From Anaerolineae bacterium (GTDB lineage: Bacteria; Chloroflexota; Anaerolineae; J102): a stretch of 35,857 bases of DNA. Both the position numbers and the translations under genes were made by a program. The notes under the pieces are model-generated. The model saw nothing but the letters and a program-made list of their open reading frames with translations. It made no database searches and was not told the DNA's origin. Every line of letters starts with the position of its first letter. The stretch's first letter is position 1. This document shows positions 32,601 through 35,857 of this stretch, one piece after another. Location: the NCBI GenBank assembly GCA_026985975.1, contig JALSPL010000327.1, positions 1-35,857 of the forward strand, given 5' to 3'.

Positions 32601-32673
32601 TCAGGCGAAATGCGACGCTACGAAACGAGGCCCATTGGGGCATTGCCCTAAGAGAACGAATACGTTGTTTCAT
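20689..32673 (-). CDS. giant (3,994 aa) secreted surface/adhesin-like protein: signal peptide, DUF11-type beta-sandwiches, 12 SdrD-B-like domains, two internal GEVED modules, isopeptide/fimbrial-like repeats, C-terminal Ig-like module
   Basis: An uninterrupted 11,985-nt ORF. Signal peptide: FRLIPLIVLLVALGVMITGPVSVSA/QG. DUF11-like units include LELTKTAFKSEVESGEPFEYVF... and EPAVSIVKTVTT..AGDEVTYQLTLTNDG. GEVED motifs are GEVEDYQVQL (~28805-28822) and GEVEDYVLMS (~26410-26431). The repeated unit reads GSLVW.D.N.NG.QD.GEP.I..A.V.LLD..G.....D..GN......T..DG.Y.F.NL.PGDY.V.V.PP.G. ATG is at 32673 with GAAGGAAGAG upstream. Confidence 0.9.
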   Translation of the reverse strand: MKQRIRSLRAMPQWASFRSVAFRLIPLIVLLVALGVMITGPVSVSAQGGPELELTKTAFKSEVESGEPFEYVFNYRCASISDDCEGAVITDPLPPEVEFVPDTLTVTPHVASYGYDPGTHTVTWTFVDPLPAGSTGILKFQVRFPPGTVPGTTATNTATFSASNAVSVATSPISTTATGAFEMYAAKSGGPAVVGFPATFDLQVCSPDVEGGVNYTAPTMIDHLPDDAAFVDAEGSQCPGNSPPGPGDPECWVYDSTATPRTVSWYNLPDITVGACFTRQIKLQYDTLPAGQQTNSMETIGTPEGCQDQNNLPDYCDGQTEAILTDTLPFDVIEPYPAGESGKTSSSPSSYEGTEAIPGEDVTYEVSVVNTGYEDLHNVVVTDTLPSQTILLSLTIGPASAPGDAVNGYYQVDDSGNWIPLPGNPYAAESTIDATTLDLQGGNRITDLQWQLGTLAIGASWASTVIAEVDTTIEPSYPAESFENCTGFTSDNGVESNACSAVSVIDERAIPRPRKTSGGQSVLPEGFVDFSVGLNNDAVAQLPLDNPMLVDLLPPEFDYVAGSASVTSKPAGAPDPNFEVIPDYNGTGRTLLRWTWQDLTGGGCDPNSIEGTCGVDASYSFQPGEDANITFTVQVKKGTPPGTVTNEATIVDWTGPTDPDDPPNSDLRKIFLCQDPDKYVDVNDLDGDGNTFEESCLATETTEVGVFLSMDSEKWVRGEIDCDTYNDPAVCDDLSVGGQYAGDFNKLGLTMPGERVDYLVQTINNSNVPVTALSFLDITPYIGDTGVIDLSPRLSKWRPNLQEEVVDLVGGIPFTVFYSRASNPCRPDFVPSLDEPPNCQKPYWSTTLPQNPSSVQSIKVDFCTYNTDGTVNECLVLQPDETLRFGWHMTAPADAPGDPSCLTPADDSFDPDANPDCQIAWNSFGFKAVEFRDQDNDGQNDPDHLELLPSEPLKVGIRVAPLRRNSLGDYTWLDVAGIENDGIQQPVEQQAAWGVNGVRVELWNADTDAFIDYKITGPDQDGKPGYYQFTDLPDGNYYLRFFPPSGYTASPPNQGGDDNLDSDGEIPGTDATYGDYYQTADISLTGNVDDRSWDFGMYRPTDYSDAPFDNATDFYPTNARDLANAGLEPADAARHVLKNNLHMGATVDGEDDGFPEISAWGDDQNQTPDDEDGVTFDQYLGTPELPSAIMVIGETSTWNVTVTVPDNIILGDAYLNAWLDFNGDGDWNDAGEQIAADVVAAQGTTDGVLTLNIPVPAGATPGTTHARFRLSYKQGLGPTGAVNYGEVEDYQVQLINKPEKNLVTTSEAHTTDPDLTIGEIVRYKLTVSVPEGDLTNFVITDTLPAGLQFLDDNTAALSFISDNAMTSTEFTISGGPFADGVDPIFTLGTVTNSDQDDNEEFVVIEFNALVLNVSGNAAGDTLDNSFRVTFDSFDYTSAPVTVNLVEPAVSIVKTVTTLPPIDAGDEVTYQLTLTNDGAASTAFDLAVDDILDANLDLTDPNNVTWTAPAYAAVTNNSDATADEVHLLIDKLEPGDQVTILITVTVRTSVSAGEIIPNTADLAYTSLPGPNGTTGNPTGSDTPGATDAETGERLYGPSDSEDITIDSPQVDKLDPSPTDYAIGEDISYYIKVTLPEGTTLDMVVVDDLPLGLEYQSHQIITTAAASGGRLGDDFNGALPTPTVTAPGGSGGDVTFNFGNTVTTADNNAGNNSFLIEIIARVLDIPDNSNGDVRDNIGKLQYTNPNNQQTETITDTVAINIIEPFLNITKEVISQSDPIGPGGQIKYRVTIEHTADSAMDAYGVIMTDTLPASLTNVQVTSMSPSLLTWSYDPVTGVLRIPDTGSFDIPLGTTYVIEYTADITSDLDAGGSIDNNAVITWTSMDGDFPGREREYTDNDVAPVQVDGEFGDLPDGPYPTLSANNGARHLIPSGANPYFLGAAVDAEPDGQPNAAATGDDDNPASGTDDEDGVTFLTPIIPGQPANVQIVANADGYLHGWFDFDADGVLDDILITAVDGVALGSPTAMRDYPVTAGSHIYTFDAPANTTTLDPIYSRFRFTSYETASDPPNDPPGILGPDGLALDGEVEDYVLMSLGNYVWFDENGNGVQDAGEPPIQDVLVNLLDSAGNPVTDAAGAPIVTTTDANGYYNFGGLPPGDYIVEVDASNWDAGNVFGAGGLYPDAYGSPGQGGDDQDNTDDNGDNDGAAAIGAGVRSAPINLSPGQEPVDEDPQETTSNANSDLTIDFGFTLPVSVGSLVWRDDNANGIQDAGEPPIEGATVTLLDAAGNSVTTDINGNAITPVTTGADGVYHFTDLPQGEYIIQVQPPAGMKPTPPQTPDPDNDDNADSNIAAETSPGVYRSDPVTLSIGGEPTGETFADGSPDQDGKRDDSGNMTVDFGFVQPVSIGSLVWLDSNLDGVQDVGESPIEGAIVTLLDSAGNPVTQDLDGNAISPVTTAADGLYNFSNLPPGDYQVQVQPPAGFRPTPVQQTNPNDDVNTDSNIASEPNPGVYVSGIVSLLGGTEPTGETFADGSPDQDGNPDADGNMTVDFGFIRPVSVGSLVWLDLNANGLQDDGEPGVDGATVTLLDSSGAPVTQDVDGNPINPITTGPDGIYHFVNLPPGDYMVEVQPPAGYLPTPPQVADPNTDDNADSNIATEPSAGVYRSGVVSLLPGAEPTGETFADGSPDQDGNPDADGNMTLDFGFIRPVSLGSLVWHDANGNGVQDAGEPGIENATVHLLDSAGNPVNDVNGNPVADVTTGPDGVYHFTNLMPGDYMVEVTPPAGYSPTSPQVTNPNNDDNADSNIATEPTPGVYRSDLITLSPGTEPVDETFADGGPDQDGNPDADGNMTLDFGFIEPVSLGSLVWSDLNANGLQDVGEPGIENATVSLLNADGTPANDIDGNPVADVTTGTDGVYHFTNLAPGDYIVQVTPPAGLNPTSPQVADPNNDDNADSNIATESSPGVYRSGVVTLVNGQEPTGETFADGSPDQDGNPDADGNMTVDFGFIEPVSVGSLVWLDLNANGLQDDGEPGVENATVSLVDAAGNPVTDIDGNPVADVTTGPDGVYHFTNLAPGDYRVRVTPPAGFIPTPPQVADPNNDDNADSNIATEPSPGQYESGSVTLTVGGEPTGELFADGSPDQDGNPDASGNMTVDFGFIRPVSLGSFVWQDSNGNGVQDAGEPGIENATVRLLDSAGNPVNDVNGNPVADVTTGPDGVYHFVNLPPGDYMVEVTPPAGYSPTSPQVTNPNNDDNADSNIATEPSAGVYRSGVVSLLPGAEPTGETFADGGPDQDGNPDADGNMTVDFGFIEPVSLGSLVWLDENANGIQDAGETPVENATVSLLFSDGSPATDMDGNPVADVTTGTDGVYHFTNLAPGDYIVQVTPPPGYAPTPSQTADPNTDDNSDSNIADEPTPGVYASGVVTLTVGGEPTGELFADGSPDQDGNPDADGNMTVDFGFVEVVSVGSLVWQDDNNNGIQDAGEPPIQGATVILLDGAGNPITQDASGNPINPVTTGSDGVYNFANLPPGDYIIQVSPPAGFTPSAVQQPDPNTDDNTDSNIADEPNPGEFRSGVVTLSVGGEPTGENFADGSPDQDGNRDDSGNMTVDFGFVPTANLGSLGDLVWWDKNHDGIQDAGEPGIEGVALTLTDGVTLHATTDANGVYTFTDLVADVYTVTVDASNFQAGGPLANWTPSPAKVGSDDAVDSDGDETTHDYSVTLGAGENNPNIDFGFYVTSSYTLTKKLNTQGDIRVGDPISFTIAITNTGGSWLAVLPLTDTYDTTYLSYGANGNYANPPSDDNNDDGQIDWSDLTAQVGDIAPGDTVTVTVWFTTLADTGNEPDGLTLNTATASGVMADADGPNGPLPPDESLDAIQGQTSGDAPVVILKPTGLFVVDFSAEVEDRDVTLNWETVSELNILGFQVLRQEGLGAKAEVVQEAFVPARWSGMDHGGEYGITAADLAPGVYRYILQAVLMDGRIVNEGSVRITIRSGRAAHR
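21481..26405 (-). repeat. tandem coding repeat array: 11 SdrD-B-like units, nine canonical with period ~453-456 bp, organised as a ~1,359-bp (3-unit) higher-order repeat
   Basis: Unit boundaries (VS.GSLVW-encoding motif) lie near 21840, 22290, 22745, 23200, 23655, 24105, 24560, 25015, 25470, 25925 and 26400. 22922-23170 aligns with 24281-24530 at roughly 9 of 10 positions, with perfect runs of 30-40 nt. 22533-22630 aligns with 23893-23990 with a 57-nt perfect run. Confidence 0.9.
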
Positions 32674-33106
32674 AAGATTTCTCTTCCTTCCGAATTATAA
32701 ATGGTGATCATATAAAAATTGTCTCATGATGCAGAGTATTACATGACTGTAAAAAACATCTTGAGATAAAGACTATCAACGAACAGAAAAGTTACGGTCA
32801 CAATTCCCTAATCTGTCATGAAATTTGTTCTCATACGCCTTCCAACCAAGATAAGTATGAAAATGAGGACAACCATCAAGCGGCCACAGCAAATGTATCA
32901 ATGACAAGACGCCGCATTATGCACGATAACCCCAAAAAATTCAAAAGAATGAATAAGCTATTTCATCGCATTGAAGTGCGATTGCCCGTCTGCTCGCCCC
33001 ATGCAACGACATCGATCTCAGTCTTCAAAAACATCGATGAGCTTACTTGCATCGGCAGGCCCGTCAAGGATCTTCCACCGCCCCTCTGTCACGCGTTGAC
33101 GGCAAT
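32674..33106 (-). promoter_or_regulatory. AT-rich 433-bp intergenic island upstream of the giant gene (promoter/5'-leader region, exact elements unresolved)
   Basis: Strikingly low G+C by eye, about one third in the first 60 nt, versus ~60% in the flanks. A TATAAT (rc of ~32693-32698) lies ~20 nt upstream of the ATG, but without a convincing -35. Confidence 0.5.
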
Positions 33107-34186
33107 CTATCGCAGTGTTTTGATATAGGCAATGACAGCGCGTATATCATCTTCCGATAAACGAAAGCCGTAATCTTGATCCATGATGTCGGGATAGCCC
33201 GCCACCTGTTTGGCGCTGGGGCTGACGATGGATTCGTACAGGTAATCGTCGTCGGCCACCACGACGACGCCATCGTCCAGCGTGCGGGTTTGGCCGTAGA
33301 GGCCAAGGAAGGTGGGGCCGTCGGATGCGGTTCCATCCACGGTGTGACAGCCGAAGCATCCGGCGCCGTCGGCCACCATTTTGCCCCACAACGCCTGGTC
33401 TTTCTCCGAGCGTTCGAGGGGCGCAACTTGCAGGGCCGCGTTTTCGGGATGCTCCAGATAGTCGAGCAGGGAGCGAATTTGATTTTCAGAGAGCGCGTAG
33501 GCGAAGGTCTCGGGCATGATGCGGGGGGCGTAGCCGGGGGCCAGATGGTCGTTGGGATTGATGATGGCATTGCGCACGGCGTCCCGGCCCAGGCGAGCGA
33601 CGACGCCGGTCAGTTCGGGCCCCACGACGCCCGCAGCGTTATCGAATGCGTGACAGTCGGCGCAGCCCAGAGGGCCATGGAACAGATAATAACCCAGACC
33701 GGCGCTGCGCTGGTGCAGGCTTTGAGGCCGGGCGAAGGGCGACGGCGTTGGTTCTGCGTCTCGCCAGGTGAGCAAGAAGGCGACCAGGTCATCGATTTGG
33801 GACGGGGTGAGGGGGCCGCCCGCGGTCTGCGCCCAGCCGGGCATTTTGCTGCCGGGCCGGCCGTTGGCGATGGTCGCCATGAGAAAGGAGGGGAGATCGC
33901 CCCGCCAGCCCCGGGCCTGAAGCCGTGGCGGCAGGCGACCGGGATCTTCGCCATGCAAGAGATCAGGAGCGTTCAGGGCCGGACCCACCAACCCTTCGCC
34001 ATGGACGCCATGACACTCGGTGCAGGCGTCCTCATAAAGGACCGCGCCCCGCTCAGCCGCCCGCGCCCGCCAGGCGACGCTGTCGCTGGCCAGACGCTGC
34101 GGCTCGCGCCAAAGCGCGTATCCCAACAGCGCCGCTGCGAGCAGCAATCCCAGGTTGATGAGCAGCAACCGCCGGGTCAGGTTCAC
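33107..34186 (-). CDS. membrane-anchored tri-haem c-type cytochrome (three class-I cytochrome c domains)
   Basis: Three CxxCH motifs: CTECH, CADCH and CFGCH. N-terminal TM helix: LLLINLGLLLAAALLGYAL. The last domain resembles the cytochrome c domain of caa3 oxidase subunit II (GCHTVDGT..GPTFLGLYG...YLYESIVSP...GY). The start is proposed at GTG 34186 with GGGAGGAG upstream, overlapping the cytochrome b stop (GTGA). The 59 upstream codons of the track ORF overlap cytochrome b and were rejected. Confidence 0.85.
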   Translation of the reverse strand: MNLTRRLLLINLGLLLAAALLGYALWREPQRLASDSVAWRARAAERGAVLYEDACTECHGVHGEGLVGPALNAPDLLHGEDPGRLPPRLQARGWRGDLPSFLMATIANGRPGSKMPGWAQTAGGPLTPSQIDDLVAFLLTWRDAEPTPSPFARPQSLHQRSAGLGYYLFHGPLGCADCHAFDNAAGVVGPELTGVVARLGRDAVRNAIINPNDHLAPGYAPRIMPETFAYALSENQIRSLLDYLEHPENAALQVAPLERSEKDQALWGKMVADGAGCFGCHTVDGTASDGPTFLGLYGQTRTLDDGVVVVADDDYLYESIVSPSAKQVAGYPDIMDQDYGFRLSEDDIRAVIAYIKTLR

Positions 34187-35673
34187 GGCTCCTCCCGAAC
34201 GCGATAGGCCGTCTCCAACAGGGCCTCGGAAGATGCGTCCTGAGGTTGATAGCGGATGGCAAGACGTATCCGTTTCACTCCGGGAGAGGTTTTGTCGATA
34301 AGGATGCAGCTTTGAGCGGAGATCGCGGGCAGGCGTGAGGCGTCGGCCGCGAAATCTTGCCACACCCGCCCGAACGGTGTGTGGGGATCAGGCGTCTGGC
34401 CGTCGGTGCAGAAGTTTCCGGACGGCAATGCGTCCCAAGCCAATTGGCGCAGGGGGCCTGATTCGGTTTCGGGCAGATAGCGCAGGGCCAGGGCCCGGGC
34501 GGGCGAGGTCAGATCATGTTGGCGGGGCAGACCCAGCCACGAAAGCCCCAGCAAGGCGACAACGGTCAGGGCGGTCAGACTCAGGGCCAGGGGGCGACGT
34601 CGGGCCTGGCGGTGGGGATTTTGATCCAGATAGGGCAACAACGCCAGCAGCAGGAGACATGCGCCGGGCAAAAGCAAGCCAAAGATGAGCGGGTTTCCCA
34701 GTTTCAGCAGTCCCTGCAACCACAGAAAATACCAGGGCGCAGCGATGTTTGCGGGAGTGTGCGCAGGATCAGCCGGAGCCTGCAATTGGGGTTGCATCCA
34801 GAAGATGGCCAGGGCCAGCAGAGCGGCGGTCACCCACGTCAGGAGCAAAAATTCGTCCCAGGCTACCTCCATGAGGTAATAGCGCCGCGCCTCGACGGGT
34901 GTGGAAATGTCGTTTTCGTGGGCTGTGGTCTCCAACGCCGGGGGCAGCGAGATGCCGTGTCGCACGACTTTGTAGTAGTGCAGGGCCAGCAGCGCCAACG
35001 CCAGGCCGGGCAGCAGAAGGATGTGCAAAATATAGAAACGCAACAGCGTAGCTGCTCCCACGTTTTCTCCCCCCGTCACCAAGCCATAGAGCCAATCGCC
35101 GTCAGGAAAATGATGCAGCAATGCCACGCCCACAGTCACCGCCCAATAGGCCAGTTGATCCCAGAGCAGCAGATAACCGGTGAAGGCCAGCCCCAGCGCC
35201 AGCATGAGCAGACCCGCGCCCGTGAGCCAGGTGAAGCGCCGGGGCGGCTTGTAGGAGGCGGTGAGAAGGGTGCGCAGCAGATGCAAAACCGCGCTGAGAA
35301 TAAAGCCCATCGCGGCCAGGTGATGCAGGTTGTAGAGCAGGCGGCCCATGGAGGCGCCGGCCAGGATAACGCCCATGCTGGCGTAGGCCTGTTCGGGCGT
35401 GGGAACGTACCAGGTCAGCAGGGGCAGGCCCGTGAGCAGGGCGACGACGAAAAAATAGACGCTGAGCCAGCCCAGACGAAAGGTGTAGCCGAAGCGGGTG
35501 ACAGCTCGATGGTAGTAAGAAGGCCGGATGTGCAACCAGAAGCTTTCCTGCTGCGCCCGCTGGCGGGGATTGGGCCGGGACGGCGGTTCTCCCCGCGCCA
35601 TGCGGCGACATTCGGACCAGGAGAGTCCTGCGCACAGACGTTCGACCCAGTCGCGCCATGCTCCCCGACTCAT
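34183..35673 (-). CDS. cytochrome b of a Rieske/cytochrome b complex (fused b6-like + subunit-IV-like domains) with 114-aa soluble C-terminal extension
   Basis: Helix B has H-x13-H (HHLAAMGFILSAVLH). Helix D has H-x14-H (HILLLPGLALALLALH), which is b6/Firmicute-type spacing. The PEWY-equivalent motif is APWYFLWLQ. There are ~7-8 TM helices. ATG 35673 (MSRGAWRDW) overlaps the upstream stop (ATGA). Confidence 0.85.
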   Translation of the reverse strand: MSRGAWRDWVERLCAGLSWSECRRMARGEPPSRPNPRQRAQQESFWLHIRPSYYHRAVTRFGYTFRLGWLSVYFFVVALLTGLPLLTWYVPTPEQAYASMGVILAGASMGRLLYNLHHLAAMGFILSAVLHLLRTLLTASYKPPRRFTWLTGAGLLMLALGLAFTGYLLLWDQLAYWAVTVGVALLHHFPDGDWLYGLVTGGENVGAATLLRFYILHILLLPGLALALLALHYYKVVRHGISLPPALETTAHENDISTPVEARRYYLMEVAWDEFLLLTWVTAALLALAIFWMQPQLQAPADPAHTPANIAAPWYFLWLQGLLKLGNPLIFGLLLPGACLLLLALLPYLDQNPHRQARRRPLALSLTALTVVALLGLSWLGLPRQHDLTSPARALALRYLPETESGPLRQLAWDALPSGNFCTDGQTPDPHTPFGRVWQDFAADASRLPAISAQSCILIDKTSPGVKRIRLAIRYQPQDASSEALLETAYRVREEP

Positions 35674-35857
35674 GCTGTCTCGTCCTCCGGCGCAATGCGG
35701 CGGCCTGCGTTCACCTGATAGCGGTAACCGGGCCCGGTTTTCACCCACAGATGGTCAGGCGTCGTCACATCCACCACCGCACCAGAGGCGTCCAGCACGG
35801 TGACTTGCAGATGATCCAGTCCATGTTCGGCAGGCCCGTGCAGCGTGCGTCCGCGGA
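35670..35857 (-). CDS. Rieske [2Fe-2S] subunit, C-terminal fragment (5' end beyond window)
   Basis: The rc frame reads ..RGRTLHGPAEHGLDHLQVTVLDASGAVVDVTTPDHLWVKTGPGYRYQVNAGRRIAPEDETA*. The G-x4-GPA-x3-L motif normally follows the second cluster-binding box of Rieske proteins. The gene sits directly upstream of and overlaps cytochrome b. The Cys/His boxes themselves are outside the window. Confidence 0.55.
   Translation of the reverse strand, partial: RGRTLHGPAEHGLDHLQVTVLDASGAVVDVTTPDHLWVKTGPGYRYQVNAGRRIAPEDETA

Noticed and set aside
12414-32673. A diversity-generating retroelement or phase-variation switch acting on the giant genes.
   Set aside because: No reverse transcriptase was seen. 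No template/variable repeat pair with adenine-specific mismatches was seen. No invertible promoter flanked by inverted repeats, and no homopolymer or short-unit slippage tract near the start codons, was seen.
32901-33128. 75-aa + ORF in the AT-rich island.
   Set aside because: It has no SD and atypical composition for this genome. It overlaps the 3' end of the cytochrome c gene and has no motif. It is most likely non-coding.
34187-34363. N-terminal 59 codons of ORF 33107..34363.
   Set aside because: They overlap the cytochrome b 3' end in another frame. A GTG with a strong SD, followed immediately by the TM anchor, gives the canonical coupled start at 34186.
33176-35718. + strand ORFs 33176..34207 (343 aa) and 34516..35718 (400 aa).
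   Set aside because: They are antisense to the cytochrome c and cytochrome b genes, which carry CxxCH and bis-His haem motifs.

Overview
High-G+C bacterial chromosomal segment, almost entirely transcribed on the minus strand. The gene style fits a Chloroflexota-like organism: PT-rich linkers, DUF11/SdrD-type giant surface proteins, a YabN-type methylase-MazG fusion, and tRNAs without encoded CCA. That assignment is inference only; no searches were possible. Left to right the window holds: a partial Rossmann-fold gene; an FHA-domain membrane protein (+); a MOP/Wzx-type flippase; tRNA-Leu(UAA) and tRNA-Cys(GCA), each with its own promoter and terminator; a membrane-anchored two-parvulin PPIase; the rpsF-ssb-rpsR operon; tRNA-Pro(CGG) (+); a polytopic spermidine-synthase-like membrane protein; and the YabN-like fusion. 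A ~20 kb surface-protein cassette follows. It encodes a 3,994-aa repeat protein, a secreted C25 (gingipain/PorU family) cysteine peptidase and a ~1,722-aa repeat protein ending in a YVTN beta-propeller. The window ends with a Rieske (partial) / cytochrome b / tri-haem cytochrome c operon. The most unusual items are the giant-adhesin + C25-peptidase cassette with its higher-order DNA repeats, an 80-nt 10-bp-phased GACGAA/TTCGTC inverted-repeat element present twice, a heptamer (TGACGTT) inverted array, a nested-hairpin insertion inside the ribosomal-protein operon, and an AT-rich island upstream of the giant gene. No CRISPR array, transposase, integrase or recognisable defence genes were seen. 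All product calls rest on motif recognition by eye. ORF-track coordinates include stop codons, and alternative start codons are shown as M.
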